A DNA stretch of 64,000 nucleotides from Candidatus Atribacteria bacterium (GTDB lineage Bacteria > Atribacterota > Atribacteria > Atribacterales > JASGLU01), in contig JASGLU010000001.1 of the NCBI GenBank assembly GCA_030156825.1, positions 2,556-66,555 on the forward strand. The letters run 5' to 3'. Made by a program: the position numbers and the translations under genes. This document shows positions 46,294-57,283 of the stretch, piece after piece; the stretch's first letter is position 1; each line of letters begins with the position of its first letter. The notes below the pieces were generated by a model. It saw only the letters and a list, made by a program, of their open reading frames with translations. It did not search any database and had not been told where the DNA came from.

Positions 46294-46936
46294 CCCCCTC
46301 GGCCAAGAGAATTTTTAAAATTTCCCAATACATCTTAACTCGTTCTTTGAGACCTTTGACTATTCCCATTTTTTCTTCTTTCATGAGATGGGTTAAGCCG
46401 GGTAAACTTACTACTTCTACTTTAATCCCCATTTTCTTAACATATTTGTTTATCGCGGTTTCTACTCCAAAGCGAGCCAATTCTATGCTTGATATATTAA
46501 GTAGGATATCAGCCCGGATAGCTCTTTGACCTGAAAGAAAAGGAGCAATTTTCTGAGCAAAATCGGTAGCAAATCTTCCTTTCTCAAAAACTCCAATCGA
46601 CACATCGGCTCTGTTAGAAAGTACCGGTTGAACCAAGCTCACCACATGATTTTCAGTCAAATCTACCAAATCAGCATCAAGTAATAAAACCACGTCAGCC
46701 TGGATGTATTCCATCCCTCGGTAGAGAGCTCCTCCTTTACCAACGTTTTGAGAAAGTTCTACCACGTCTACTCCCCGATTTCGAGCTATTTGAACGGTTT
46801 TATCGGTTGAGCCATCGCTTACTACAATAATTTGATCAATTAAGGGAGTTTTTTTTAAAGTATCTATAATAGGCCCGATGGTTTTTTCCTCATTATAAGC
46901 GGCAATAATCGCGGTTATTTTCTCTTTGTTATTCAT
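46271..46936 (-). CDS. Glycosyltransferase family 2
   Basis: GT-A fold motifs AIIAAYNEE, VVSDGSTD and LLDADL (DXD). Confidence 0.8.
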   Translation of the reverse strand: MNNKEKITAIIAAYNEEKTIGPIIDTLKKTPLIDQIIVVSDGSTDKTVQIARNRGVDVVELSQNVGKGGALYRGMEYIQADVVLLLDADLVDLTENHVVSLVQPVLSNRADVSIGVFEKGRFATDFAQKIAPFLSGQRAIRADILLNISSIELARFGVETAINKYVKKMGIKVEVVSLPGLTHLMKEEKMGIVKGLKERVKMYWEILKILLAEGVDKEKNG

Positions 46937-46938
46937 GA

Positions 46939-48192
46939 CTAAGTTCGAACTAAATTATTTTTAATTTTTTCTAAGGCCGATCCAATAGAGGTTTTCTCAA
47001 CTTCTATTCGTTCACCGTTAGTTCTAATTTTAACCTCCAAGCTATTTCTTTTCAATAGCTTTTCTCCAACAATAATCTGCACGGGAACGCCAATTAGATC
47101 GGCTTCGCTAAACTTGAAGCCCGCCCTTACGTCTCGGTCATCAATAATTAATTCATATCCTTCATCTTTAAGCTGTGAGTATATTTCTTTGGAAGTAGCT
47201 CTAATTTTTTCTTCTTTCGAATTAATAGGAATAATTTCAATTTCGAAAGGAGCAATAGACCAGGGCCAACGTATTCCCTGTTGATCGTGATTAGCCTCAA
47301 TCGCAGCCGCCATTGTTCGGCCGATACCAATACCATAACATCCCATAACCAAAGGCTTTTCGCTACCATCTTGGTCAACAAAATAGGCCCTCATTGGTTC
47401 ACTGTACTTAACCCCCAGTTGGAAGATATGCCCGACTTCGATGCCTCTGGTTTCTTCCAAGGGAGTTTTACAATGTTCGCACTCTTCCCTTCCCTCAGGA
47501 AAAGCTGTTTTACATTCCGGACAAATTAAAATTCTTTCCTCGCCTGTAGGAGCAACAATAATAAATTCGTGGGAAATCTTTCCGCCAATTACCCCACTGT
47601 CAGCCGGAACAGCTAAATATTCCAACCCGCAGCGGTCAAAAACTTTACAGTAAGCTTGGTACATTTTTTGGTAGCTCTTTTCCATATCAGCTTCATCCCG
47701 GTCAAAACTGTATAAATCTTTCATGATAAATTCTCGGGATCTCATGATGCCAAACCGGGGTCTGATTTCGTCTCGAAATTTAGTTTGGATTTGGAAGAGC
47801 ATGAGTGGTAATTGTCGGTAAGATTTTATTTCTCTTCTGGCCAGATCAGTGATAATCTCCTCATGGGTGGGACCCAGGCAAAAATCTCGCTCTCTTCGGT
47901 CTTTAAAGCGGATTAGTTCCGGACCATAAATATCCCAGCGACCGGTTTCTTTCCACAGTTCTCCCGGATGCATAGCCGGCATTAAAATTTCCTGCCCACC
48001 GGCTAAGTTCATTTCTTCTCTGACTATATTGGAGATTTTTTCTATAACCCGCATCCCCAGGGGAAGGAAGGTATAAATTCCTGAGGAAAGTTGCCTAATC
48101 ATTCCTGCTCTAATCATATAACTGTGACTGACTACCTCCGCTTCCTGAGGTGATTCCTTCAGGGTGGGAGCGAACAATTCAGACATTTTCAA
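46939..48192 (-). CDS. proS: Proline--tRNA ligase, bacterial type lacking the INS editing domain
   Basis: Class II motifs and ProRS signatures (FRDEIRPRFGIMRSREF, GIEVGHIFQLGVKYS, GCYGIGIGR) with a C-terminal anticodon-binding domain. Only 417 aa. Confidence 0.9.
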   Translation of the reverse strand: MKMSELFAPTLKESPQEAEVVSHSYMIRAGMIRQLSSGIYTFLPLGMRVIEKISNIVREEMNLAGGQEILMPAMHPGELWKETGRWDIYGPELIRFKDRRERDFCLGPTHEEIITDLARREIKSYRQLPLMLFQIQTKFRDEIRPRFGIMRSREFIMKDLYSFDRDEADMEKSYQKMYQAYCKVFDRCGLEYLAVPADSGVIGGKISHEFIIVAPTGEERILICPECKTAFPEGREECEHCKTPLEETRGIEVGHIFQLGVKYSEPMRAYFVDQDGSEKPLVMGCYGIGIGRTMAAAIEANHDQQGIRWPWSIAPFEIEIIPINSKEEKIRATSKEIYSQLKDEGYELIIDDRDVRAGFKFSEADLIGVPVQIIVGEKLLKRNSLEVKIRTNGERIEVEKTSIGSALEKIKNNLVRT

Positions 48193-49259
48193 GGTTCAGT
48201 TCCTCCTTCTACCTCTTTATCTCTAATCAGTTTTATCAGTTCAATAAACATTTCCTCCGGTCCAACAATTTTTAATATCTCTCCCTGGGAAAAAAGAACT
48301 AATCCCCGAGGGGAAAAGGCAACTCCTAAATCGGCCTCCCGGGCTTCACCCGGCCCATTTACTTCACAACCCATAACTGCTATCTTTAAAGGGGTGCTTG
48401 TCGGGAACCAACTAAAAAACTCTCTTAAGGCTTTGACTAATGATACCACGTTTCCCTTCTTTCGGGCACAAGTGGGACAGGAAATTATCTCTATTCCGCG
48501 TTTTCTCAAGTTTAGAGAGCGGAGAATACTCCAGGCTACCTGAGTCTCTTGCACTGGATTATCGTTCGTAAGGGATATTCTGATGTTATCCCCAATTCCC
48601 TCTCGCAGCAAAGTTCCTACTGCCAGAGATGATTTAACCACACCTTCCCACCCTTCACCCGCCTCGGTAAGCCCCAGATGCAAGGGGTAGGAAAAAGACT
48701 GGTCTAATTTTCGATAAATTTCTATAGTTTCTTCCACTTCAGTAGATTTAGCAGAAAGAATAATTCGATTAAATTTCTTGCTTTCCAGAAAATTAACCAT
48801 TTCTTCCATGCTATCGAATAAGGCCGATACCCGTTCTTTTTCCGAAAATTTTTTAGGAATAGAACCAGTATTTGCTCCCAAGCGAATGGTCGACCCTTTT
48901 TCTTGGGTAAAACTTATTAACCGATCCAGTTTTCCTAAACTTCCTATGGTTCCAGGGTTTATTCGAACTGCATCTACTCCCAACTTGATGCATTTTATAC
49001 CCAACTCCAGGTTGAAATGAATATCGGCAACCAAAGGCATGTTCGACTTTTTTTTCATCTCTGCCAAACCTTCAACAGCTCTCTGGTCAGGAACGGCTAC
49101 CCTAAATATTTCGCAACCTGCTTTTTGAACCTCTATTAGTTCTCGGGCAAAAGCTTGCAGATCTCCTGGATGGTTACGGGCCATAGCTTCCACCCATATA
49201 GGGTTTTCTCCACCGACTTTTAAGTTACCCAAAGGCACCACTTGTTTTATTTTTCTCAT
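48189..49259 (-). CDS. ispG: 4-hydroxy-3-methylbut-2-en-1-yl diphosphate synthase
   Basis: GcpE motifs VAVPD, RINPGT, and cluster cysteines in ISCPTCAR...MGCEVNGPGE. Confidence 0.9.
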   Translation of the reverse strand: MRKIKQVVPLGNLKVGGENPIWVEAMARNHPGDLQAFARELIEVQKAGCEIFRVAVPDQRAVEGLAEMKKKSNMPLVADIHFNLELGIKCIKLGVDAVRINPGTIGSLGKLDRLISFTQEKGSTIRLGANTGSIPKKFSEKERVSALFDSMEEMVNFLESKKFNRIILSAKSTEVEETIEIYRKLDQSFSYPLHLGLTEAGEGWEGVVKSSLAVGTLLREGIGDNIRISLTNDNPVQETQVAWSILRSLNLRKRGIEIISCPTCARKKGNVVSLVKALREFFSWFPTSTPLKIAVMGCEVNGPGEAREADLGVAFSPRGLVLFSQGEILKIVGPEEMFIELIKLIRDKEVEGGTEP

Positions 49260-50308
49260 TTACCACTCACTATCCTTAAAACATCCTGATAGGTAACAAA
49301 AATAGCTACTCCAAAAATAAGCACGATTCCTATGAAGTACATAATGCCAATTTTTTCCGGTTCTAAAGGTTTTTTCCGAATTTTCTCTATCAAAAAGAGT
49401 AAAAGGTGACCTCCGTCCAATAGGGGAATGGGAATTAGATTAAAAATGGCTAAAAAGTTGCTCACCACAGCAGCAAACATTAAAAGGTTTAAAAAGCCAA
49501 AGCTAGCAGCTTGACCGGCCATTTGGGCTATGCCCAGTGGACCGGCTAATTCCAGTGGGAGACGACCGGAAATAGTATAAAGCAGACCGACAATACTCAT
49601 AATGAACCAATTTCCTACAGTCTTAAAACCTTGAACTATAGTACCTCCAAAACCGAGACTTACATTTTCTACTCCAAACATTATTCCAATGAGTGCTCTT
49701 TTTTCTTCTTCATTCCACTGGGGGATTACTGAAATTGTAAGTTGCTCCTCTCCTCGGCGGATAGTCAGCTCTACTGGTTGGTCGGGGCTGGAGGAAATGA
49801 TATTAATTACTCGATCCAGGTTATCTGCTGGATTACCGTTAACTTCCACAATAGTATCCCCTGCCTGGATACCAGCTTGTGCAGCCGGGCTGTCGGGTAC
49901 AACCTCCATCACAGTTAAATTTCCTATTGGGACACCTGAAAAACTGAAAACTATTATTACCAGCACGACAGCCAGTAAAATATTCATTAAAGGACCAGCA
50001 GCGACAATCAAACTTCGTTGCCAAATGGGCTTGGAATCAAACCGTTTTGCCGAAGGTACCTGGGCTTCTTCATAACCTTCAATCGCATTACCTTCCATTC
50101 CAGCTAACCGAACAAAACCGCCTAAGGGTAAAGCCCGCAAATAAAAATCGGTGCCTAACATCTTCCACCCAACCAGTTTAGGTCCATATCCAATAGAAAA
50201 ATCGATTACGTAAACCCCGAAAAAGCGAGCTACAAGAAAGTGACCGAATTCGTGGGTAGTGACCAAAAGCCCTAAAACAAAAATAAAAGCTAAAATACTG
50301 ACTACCAT
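49256..50308 (-). CDS. rseP: RIP metalloprotease RseP (site-2 protease, M50)
   Basis: HEFGHF zinc motif, PDZ domain (PAAQAGIQAGDTIVEVNG), LDGGH motif. Confidence 0.9.
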   Translation of the reverse strand: MVVSILAFIFVLGLLVTTHEFGHFLVARFFGVYVIDFSIGYGPKLVGWKMLGTDFYLRALPLGGFVRLAGMEGNAIEGYEEAQVPSAKRFDSKPIWQRSLIVAAGPLMNILLAVVLVIIVFSFSGVPIGNLTVMEVVPDSPAAQAGIQAGDTIVEVNGNPADNLDRVINIISSSPDQPVELTIRRGEEQLTISVIPQWNEEEKRALIGIMFGVENVSLGFGGTIVQGFKTVGNWFIMSIVGLLYTISGRLPLELAGPLGIAQMAGQAASFGFLNLLMFAAVVSNFLAIFNLIPIPLLDGGHLLLFLIEKIRKKPLEPEKIGIMYFIGIVLIFGVAIFVTYQDVLRIVSGK

Positions 50309-51432
50309 GATATACTCCTTTGTTTGATCAATTGAGAAGCCCGGTTAAATCCTAAATAATAAACTTCTTGTACTTCTTCTATAGTATTGGGAGATGGTAT
50401 TTCTTTTTCCAGGGTTCCTTCTAAAACAGAAGGGATTTCTCCCAAAAAAATTTTTCGCTCCAGAAAAGCTCTTACACAAGCTTCATCGGCCCCACAGAAG
50501 TAAGTCGGATAACCGGCCCTTTTTTTAGCTACCTCTCGAGCCAGGTAAAAGCCGGTAAATTTAGAAGAAACCGGATAATCAAAGTTGAGAGATTTAATCT
50601 GAGAAAAATTAACCGGTTGGGAGAAAATCGGTTTGTTGGAAGGCATAAAGTCACTGATTACCGATCTCATATCGGGCAAAGATAGTAAAGCAGTTAAAGA
50701 TCCATCTTTTAAACCTATCAAAGCATGAATAATACTCTCTTTTTGCACGATTACATCGATCATATCCAGATCCATTCCAAAAATATAGCTGGCTTCTATC
50801 ATTTCCAGCCCTTTGTTGACCAAAGTAGCCGAGTCAACAGTAATTTTAGCCCCCATTTGCCAATTAGGATGGGAAAGAGCCATCTCTGGAGTAATATCGT
50901 TTAAATTTCCCTCCCATTCGTAAAAAGGACCTCCAGAAGCAGTGAGATATAAACAATCTACTGAACTCCGTGGGAGCCAACGAAGCATTTTCCACAAAGC
51001 GTGATGTTCGCTGTCCAGAGGATAAAGGTTTTTGTTTTTCTCCAGAGAAAGATTTTGAACCTCTCCAGCGAGGATTAAGATCTCTTTACTGGCCATCCAA
51101 AGTGGTTTAGAAGTGGCTATTAGCTTAGTAAAAAGAGGAAGAAAATCGACCCCAGCTACTGCAAAAAAAACCCCTTCTACCTCTCCTCCCAGTAAAATTT
51201 CTTCCAGTTGAGAATCGTTAGCAATGATTTGAGTTGAGGGGGGAGAAACGAGAGCCGATGGAAAATAGGCAAATTTAGGTTGGTACCGATTAATTTGCTC
51301 GAGTAGTTTAGTCTGATTGGTAAATCCCGAGAGAAGAACCAACTCGAAATCAGCTTGTTCGCTTATAACTTCCAAAATTTGATTGCCCAAGAATCCGGTA
51401 GAACCTAAAACTGCTACTTTCAATCTATCCAC
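50302..51432 (-). CDS. dxr: 1-deoxy-D-xylulose 5-phosphate reductoisomerase
   Basis: N-terminal VAVLGSTGFLG, central DSEH and HPNWQMG motifs. Confidence 0.9.
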   Translation of the reverse strand: MDRLKVAVLGSTGFLGNQILEVISEQADFELVLLSGFTNQTKLLEQINRYQPKFAYFPSALVSPPSTQIIANDSQLEEILLGGEVEGVFFAVAGVDFLPLFTKLIATSKPLWMASKEILILAGEVQNLSLEKNKNLYPLDSEHHALWKMLRWLPRSSVDCLYLTASGGPFYEWEGNLNDITPEMALSHPNWQMGAKITVDSATLVNKGLEMIEASYIFGMDLDMIDVIVQKESIIHALIGLKDGSLTALLSLPDMRSVISDFMPSNKPIFSQPVNFSQIKSLNFDYPVSSKFTGFYLAREVAKKRAGYPTYFCGADEACVRAFLERKIFLGEIPSVLEGTLEKEIPSPNTIEEVQEVYYLGFNRASQLIKQRSISW

Positions 51433-52234
51433 CCCACATTGTACCTAAGATAAAAACTAATGGACCAACGGTGAAAAAAGAATCAAATCGGTCAAGTACT
51501 CCTCCATGACCAGGAAGAAAATTACCTGAGTCTTTAAGTTTGACTCTCCTTTTTAAAGAGGATTCAAAAATATCCCCTAAGAAACCAACCAATCCCAATA
51601 AAAATCCGCACAGAAAGCCTAAAAATGGACTAAAGGGGATAAGGTTAAAATTGGCAAAAACCCCTCCGAAAAAAGCGGCTATTATCAAACCCCCAAGTAG
51701 TCCTTCCCAACTTTTGCCCGGACTAATATTGGGAACTACTTTGTGCCTTCCCCATTTTTTACCTAAAAAGTAGGCAAAAATATCATTTAACCATACTAAA
51801 AAAGCCAGGAAAATAACTGTTTTACGCCCACTTAAAAAACCGGTCTTGACCCAAAAAAAAGGGAAAATAATGCAAAACCACCATCCCGTAAAAAGGAAAA
51901 CCATCTTTTCTAAAGGTATTTGAGGTTGAGTTATTATCCAAACTATTAATATTAAAAACCCTAAATACCAACCTAAAAAAGGAAAGCTTTGCTCCAGAAA
52001 CCACCAGGAAAAGTAAAACCAACCTAAAAGCGCAAGACTTAAACCTATTGCCACTATTTGCTCTTGTTTTGAGAAATACATACGAGCAAGCTCTATCATT
52101 GACACACCCGAGAGAAAAATAAAAACTGCTATAAAAGAAAGTGGATGAAGCAAAATCAGCAGGAGAAACAAAGGGAGAGCTACCGCTACACTAATTATTC
52201 TTTTTTCTAATTCATTATTTAGTGATGAGGACAA
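51425..52234 (-). CDS. cdsA: Phosphatidate cytidylyltransferase
   Basis: CTP-transferase signature SSLKRRVKLKDSGNFLPGHGGVLDRFDS; 8 TM. Confidence 0.9.
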   Translation of the reverse strand: MSSSLNNELEKRIISVAVALPLFLLLILLHPLSFIAVFIFLSGVSMIELARMYFSKQEQIVAIGLSLALLGWFYFSWWFLEQSFPFLGWYLGFLILIVWIITQPQIPLEKMVFLFTGWWFCIIFPFFWVKTGFLSGRKTVIFLAFLVWLNDIFAYFLGKKWGRHKVVPNISPGKSWEGLLGGLIIAAFFGGVFANFNLIPFSPFLGFLCGFLLGLVGFLGDIFESSLKRRVKLKDSGNFLPGHGGVLDRFDSFFTVGPLVFILGTMWGG

Positions 52235-52237
52235 TCC

Positions 52238-52960
52238 CTAATCGATTCCTCCAAACTTTCTTTTTCTTCGAGAGAAGTCTTCTATAGCCTGATCCAATTC
52301 CTCTTTTCCAAAGTCCGGCCACAGGATATCGGTAAACCAAAGTTCACTATAAGCCGTTTGCCACAATAAAAAATTGCTCAATCTCTTTTCTCCCCCAGTT
52401 CGAATTAAAAGGTCGGGGTCAGGCTCAGTTTTGGTATCTAAGAAATTACGAAAGTTGTTTTCGTCCAAGGAAGAAGCGGTCAGCTTTTTCTCCAATATTT
52501 TTTGGTAAGCTCTTACTATTTCATCTCTTCCTCCATAATTAATGGCTAAATTAAGAGTAAAAATCGGTTCAGGTACGGCTTTTTCCCAGTAGATCATTTT
52601 TTCTACCAGCGCCGAAGGAAGTCCCTCTTTTTTACCTAAGAATTTAATTCGAAATTGCCTTTCTTTTAATTTAGGACCGTATTTATCCAACGATTGGGAA
52701 AAAAGCTGCATTAGTCCTTCTACTTCATTTAAGGGGCGCTTCCAATTTTCGGTAGAAAAAGAATAAAGGGTTAAGAAAGAAACTCCTCTCTGGTGACATT
52801 CTTCCACTATGGTCTCTATTACTTCTGTTCCCTTTTTATGACCTTCCAAGCGGGGCAGCCCTTGCCGGCTGGCCCATCGCCCGTTACCATCCATGATTAT
52901 TGCTATGTGAGTTATTAGGGAGTTCAAACGCTCATAATCTCCTTTTCTTTCTTTTCCCAC
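52238..52960 (-). CDS. uppS: Isoprenyl transferase (undecaprenyl-diphosphate synthase)
   Basis: HIAIIMDGNGRWA, FSTENWKRP, RTGGEKRLSNFLLWQ. Overlaps the frr 3' end by 37 nt if ATG 52960 is used. Confidence 0.9.
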   Translation of the reverse strand: MGKERKGDYERLNSLITHIAIIMDGNGRWASRQGLPRLEGHKKGTEVIETIVEECHQRGVSFLTLYSFSTENWKRPLNEVEGLMQLFSQSLDKYGPKLKERQFRIKFLGKKEGLPSALVEKMIYWEKAVPEPIFTLNLAINYGGRDEIVRAYQKILEKKLTASSLDENNFRNFLDTKTEPDPDLLIRTGGEKRLSNFLLWQTAYSELWFTDILWPDFGKEELDQAIEDFSRRKRKFGGID

Positions 52961-53493
52961 AATCCCTCGATTTGATTAATAAAATCGTCGGTCAATTTTT
53001 GTACTTCTCCTAAATTCCTTTTACTTTCATCTTCGGAAATTAAACTTTCTTTCTCCATTTTTTTAATTTCTTCGTTGGCCTCTCGCCGAATATTTCTGAT
53101 GGCTACTTTCGCTTCTTCAGCCAATTTTTTAACGGTTTTGGCGATTTCTTTTCTTCTTTCTTCGGTGAGAGGAGGAACACTGATTCGAATTACTGCTGAA
53201 TCTATTACCGGGTTAAACCCCAAATCCGATTTCCAAATGGCTTTTTCTATTGCTTGAAGTGCGTTTTTATCCCAGGGCTGGATAAGTAAGGTTCGGGCAT
53301 CGGGGGTGCTGATAGAAGCAATTTGTTTGAGTTCTGTGGAAGAACCATAGTAGTCAATTTCCAGGTTCTCTATCAGAGCAGGTGAGGCTCTACCAGTTTT
53401 AACGTGAGAAAATTCTTCTCGAAGTACCTGAACTGCCTGTTGCATCCTCTTTTCAGTATCTTTTAAGAGTTTTTTTAATTCTCCATCACTCAT
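52924..53493 (-). CDS. frr: Ribosome recycling factor
   Basis: 189 aa with motifs [14 protein letters not shown] and [10 protein letters not shown]. Confidence 0.92.
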   Translation of the reverse strand: MSDGELKKLLKDTEKRMQQAVQVLREEFSHVKTGRASPALIENLEIDYYGSSTELKQIASISTPDARTLLIQPWDKNALQAIEKAIWKSDLGFNPVIDSAVIRISVPPLTEERRKEIAKTVKKLAEEAKVAIRNIRREANEEIKKMEKESLISEDESKRNLGEVQKLTDDFINQIEGLWEKKEKEIMSV

Positions 53494-54223
53494 TTTTTTC
53501 CCTCCCTACTAAGGTTCCTACTTTTTCTCCGGTTAAAATTCTCACCAGATTATCCGCTTGATAAATATTGAAAACCACGATAGGAATGTTATTATCCATA
53601 CACAAAGAAACAGCTGCCGAATCCATCACTTTTAATCCTCGATTAAGTACTTCTAAATAATCCAGGTGATCAAATCTTAAAGCGCTCTGGTTAATAATCG
53701 GGTCTGATTCATAAACCCCATCTACCTTGGTGGCCTTTAAAATCGCCTCGGCCCTGATTTCAGCTGCCCTTAAGGCAGCGGCAGTATCGGTAGTGAAATA
53801 AGGATTGCCAGTACCAGCGGCTAAAACCACCACCCGTCCTTTTTCCAAGTGCCGAATAGCTTTTCTTCGAATATAGGGTTCAGCTATTGCTCGCATTTCT
53901 ATAGCAGTCTGAACCCGGGTGGGAAGACCTTTAATTTCCAGAATATCTTGCAGTGCCAAAGCATTCATAACCGTAGCCAACATCCCCATGTAATCAGCTG
54001 TTATTCGGTTTATGCCTTTTTCACTTGCATCCCGTCCTCTAAAAATATTTCCTCCCCCTACCACTATGGCTATTTCTACTCCCAAGTCCCTTCCTTTTTT
54101 TATTTCTTCGGCTAAATAATTTAGAATTTTACTATCGATTCCCGAAGGGAGAGAACCCATCAGGGCCTCTCCCGATACCTTGATTAAGATTCTTTTAAAC
54201 TGAGCTTTAGCCGAATCAGCCAT
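53486..54223 (-). CDS. pyrH: UMP kinase
   Basis: [26 protein letters not shown]. Start ATG 54223 follows GAGGAGG. Confidence 0.92.
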   Translation of the reverse strand: MADSAKAQFKRILIKVSGEALMGSLPSGIDSKILNYLAEEIKKGRDLGVEIAIVVGGGNIFRGRDASEKGINRITADYMGMLATVMNALALQDILEIKGLPTRVQTAIEMRAIAEPYIRRKAIRHLEKGRVVVLAAGTGNPYFTTDTAAALRAAEIRAEAILKATKVDGVYESDPIINQSALRFDHLDYLEVLNRGLKVMDSAAVSLCMDNNIPIVVFNIYQADNLVRILTGEKVGTLVGREKNE

Positions 54224-54821
54224 TATCCTCCTCACCCAACTTGAACCTTACAAACCGCTTTACCACAATATTCTCTCCCAATTTAGCGATAGCTTCGAGT
54301 AGCAGATTTTTAACTTTTTTATCCGGCTCTCGAATATAAGCTTGCTCCAGCAGGCAATTTTCTTCGTAAAATTTCCTCATTTTTCCTTCTATAATTTTTT
54401 CTTTTACCGCCTCTGGTTTTCCACTATCTTGCATCTGTTCCTGGAAAATCTTTTTCTCTCTGGCTTTTACCTCTTCTGGTACGTCTTCGGGGGATACCCA
54501 AAGCGGAGCCTGGGCGGCTACCTGGAGTGTAAGTTCTTTAACCAGATTTTTGAAATCTTCTGTTCGGGCTACGAAATCGGTCTCACAATCTACCTCTACT
54601 AAAACTCCGATTTTGCCATCGGTGTGAACGTAGGAGCCGATGAGCCCTTCTCGAGCGGAGCGCCCCTGTTTTTTATTGGCTGTTTCTATGCCTTTTTTCC
54701 TTAAAATTTCCTGAGCTTTTTCTATATCACCCTCAGATTCTTCGAGTGCTTTTTTGCATTCCATTACTCCGGCTCCGGTAAGTTTTCGAAGTTCAAAAAC
54801 CTCTTTGGCTTCGATGCTCAT
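54216..54821 (-). CDS. tsf: Elongation factor Ts (short form)
   Basis: UBA-like N-terminus [21 protein letters not shown] 54821 overlaps the rpsB stop as ATGA. Confidence 0.9.
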   Translation of the reverse strand: MSIEAKEVFELRKLTGAGVMECKKALEESEGDIEKAQEILRKKGIETANKKQGRSAREGLIGSYVHTDGKIGVLVEVDCETDFVARTEDFKNLVKELTLQVAAQAPLWVSPEDVPEEVKAREKKIFQEQMQDSGKPEAVKEKIIEGKMRKFYEENCLLEQAYIREPDKKVKNLLLEAIAKLGENIVVKRFVRFKLGEEDNG

Positions 54822-55699
54822 TCTTTTTCTTCCTCCTCCCACGAGTTGTCTTCTTCTATTTCTTCCAGCTCAGAATCATCTTCCAATTCAGACCCAACCG
54901 ATGCTTGAGTTAAACCCTCTGACTGGGAATCAACTTCTTCTAAGCCGGCAACTTTTTCTAAAATTTCTTCTTCTGGAACAGCTACCCCTTCAGTAGGAAT
55001 CATTTCTTCTCCTTCTTGAGCCAATCGTTTGCCTTCAATTACTGCGTCCGCCATAATGGAAGAAAAAAGTTTGATAGCTCGGATAGCGTCGTCATTCCCA
55101 GGGATTACGTAATCTATCATATCGGGATCACAGTTGGTGTCTACGATAGCTATGATAGGAATACCCATTTTGCGAGCTTCCAATACAGCATTTTCTTCTC
55201 GGTGAGGATCCACGATGAAAACACAGTCCGGCAGTCGTTCCATATTTCTGATTCCACCTAAATATTTTGCCAAACGAGCTTTCCTTTTTAAGATTTGCAT
55301 GACTTCTTTTTTAGGTAATTGGCTTAAGGTTCCTTTTTCTTCCATGGCTTCGATACTTTTTAGTTTTTCAATGCTACGTCTAATAGTAGAAAAATTGGTT
55401 AGCATTCCTCCCAACCATCTTTGATTTACATAAAACATGCCACAGCGAGACGCTTCCTGCTCAATAGACTCTTGGGCCTGCTTCTTAGTACCTACAAATA
55501 AAATTGTCCCACCATTTTGCACTGACTCTTTGACAAAGTGGTAAGCCTTTTCGGTGAGAGTGACTGTTTTTTGCAGGTCGATAATGTAAATGTTGTTTCT
55601 TTCGGTAAAAATGTAGGGTTTCATCTTGGGGTTCCAACGACGAGTTTGGTGACCAAAATGAACCCCTGCTTCTAAAAGTTGCTTCATAGTAACAACCAT
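54818..55699 (-). CDS. rpsB: 30S ribosomal protein S2 with acidic C-terminal extension
   Basis: [19 protein letters not shown] and the conserved core. The last ~55 residues are Glu/Asp-rich. Confidence 0.95.
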   Translation of the reverse strand: MVVTMKQLLEAGVHFGHQTRRWNPKMKPYIFTERNNIYIIDLQKTVTLTEKAYHFVKESVQNGGTILFVGTKKQAQESIEQEASRCGMFYVNQRWLGGMLTNFSTIRRSIEKLKSIEAMEEKGTLSQLPKKEVMQILKRKARLAKYLGGIRNMERLPDCVFIVDPHREENAVLEARKMGIPIIAIVDTNCDPDMIDYVIPGNDDAIRAIKLFSSIMADAVIEGKRLAQEGEEMIPTEGVAVPEEEILEKVAGLEEVDSQSEGLTQASVGSELEDDSELEEIEEDNSWEEEEKE

Positions 55700-55808
55700 T
55701 ATTAAATTACTACCTCCTTCCGGTTTTTTTCCTCTGCAGGACTATTTCTTTTAAACTGAATAACCGGAAAATATCCTGCACGCGTAATTGAAAACCAAAA
55801 CCGGGCAA

Positions 55809-55838
55809 AGTATAACATGAACTCTCTAACTTTGGCAA
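55809..55838 (-). promoter_or_regulatory. Sigma-70-type promoter for rpsB-tsf
   Basis: On the minus strand: TTGCCA, 18 nt, TATACT, ~110 nt upstream of the rpsB ATG. Confidence 0.4.
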
Positions 55839-55879
55839 CGGGTTTGGCTAAGAAGAGAGTCAAAACTTAAATCATAATT

Positions 55880-57271
55880 TCACAAAACGTATCGACTAAC
55901 GTCCTCGTCCTTCACGATATCTTTGAGTCGCTCGGTTACATAAGGGGCATCGATAACCATTTTTTGACCTTTTAACTCCGAGGCCCGAAAAGAAATTTCT
56001 TGCAATACTTTTTCCATTACGGTATGCAATCTACGAGCCCCAATATTTTCCAGCTTTTGATTCAGCTGATAAGAAATCTGAGCAATTTCTTTTAGGCCAT
56101 CGGCTGTGAAGTCAAGTTCGACTTCTTCGGTCCTCAAAAGGGCTTGGTATTGTTTCATCAAAGAATTAAAAGGTTCAACCAGTATTCGATAGAGATGATT
56201 TTGAGATAATGAAGATAGCTCAACCCGAATGGGAAACCGACCTTGGAGTTCGGGTAATAGGTCTGAAGGTTTACTATGAGAAAATGCCCCAGCAGCAATG
56301 AATAGAATATGGTTAGTCCGCACCGCACCGTGTTTGGTAAGAACAGTAGTTCCTTCTACAATGGGTAGCAGGTCCCTTTGTACTCCTCCTCGGGAAACAT
56401 CCGGTCCATGAGCCTCTCCTCCAGAAGGGGTGGCAACTTTATCTATCTCATCGATAAACACAATACCGGTTTCTTCTACTCTTCTAATGGCTTCCGTAGT
56501 AATTTCCTCTAAGTCAACCAGTTTTTGGGCTTCCTGGTTAAACAGGATTTCTCGGGCATCTTTCACCTTTACCCTTTTTCTTTTTTGGCGAGGAGGAAAG
56601 AAATTGCCAAAAAGATCTTTGAGGTCTATTCCTAACCCCTCCATCCCTCCGACTGAAGCAACTTCAAGCGGAACTGAACTTTCTTCTACTTCAATCTCTA
56701 TAAACCGATCATCCAGCTCTCCTTTTCTTAGTTTTTCTTTCAACTTTTCTCTGGTTCTTCCTCGGGAAGGTGAAGGCGTGGAAGCCTCAGGCCAAACAAC
56801 ATCCACTTGAGGAGAGGCGGTTTTTTCGTAGTCTCTATCGTTTCTTAGAGCTAAAAGCGCATCGATAACGCGTTCCTCTGCCATTTCCTCTGCCCTTTCC
56901 TTCTGCCCTTTTATCCGCTCTGCCTTTACCATTCGAATCGATAATTCAGTTAAATCTCGGATTATTGATTCCACATCTCTTCCTACGTAACCTACCTCGG
57001 TGAATTTAGTGGCTTCTATTTTGATAAAAGGGGCAGCGGTAAGTTTGGCAATCCGTCGAGCGATTTCGGTTTTACCCACGCCGGTGGGTCCAATCATGAT
57101 GATATTTTTGGGATTTATTTCCTCAGCGATTTCGGGAGGTAATTTTCGACGACGAATACGATCACGAAGGGCTAAAGCCACGCACTTTTTAGCCTCTTCC
57201 TGACCCACAATATATTTATCAAGTTGATTCACAACTTCTTGGGGGGTTAAAGTTTCATCCACCGTTGGCAT
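55880..57271 (-). CDS. hslU: ATP-dependent protease ATPase subunit HslU
   Basis: AAA+ Walker [14 protein letters not shown], Walker B VFIDEIDK, inserted I-domain, C-terminal DVSRYVL. Confidence 0.95.
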   Translation of the reverse strand: MPTVDETLTPQEVVNQLDKYIVGQEEAKKCVALALRDRIRRRKLPPEIAEEINPKNIIMIGPTGVGKTEIARRIAKLTAAPFIKIEATKFTEVGYVGRDVESIIRDLTELSIRMVKAERIKGQKERAEEMAEERVIDALLALRNDRDYEKTASPQVDVVWPEASTPSPSRGRTREKLKEKLRKGELDDRFIEIEVEESSVPLEVASVGGMEGLGIDLKDLFGNFFPPRQKRKRVKVKDAREILFNQEAQKLVDLEEITTEAIRRVEETGIVFIDEIDKVATPSGGEAHGPDVSRGGVQRDLLPIVEGTTVLTKHGAVRTNHILFIAAGAFSHSKPSDLLPELQGRFPIRVELSSLSQNHLYRILVEPFNSLMKQYQALLRTEEVELDFTADGLKEIAQISYQLNQKLENIGARRLHTVMEKVLQEISFRASELKGQKMVIDAPYVTERLKDIVKDEDVSRYVL

Positions 57272-57283
57272 AAATTTGACCTC

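Noticed and set aside
54818-54990. Acidic C-terminal tail of ribosomal protein S2 as a fused extra gene
   Set aside because: The frame is continuous, with no internal start or RBS. Acidic S2 extensions occur in several phyla, so this is noted only as a feature of rpsB.
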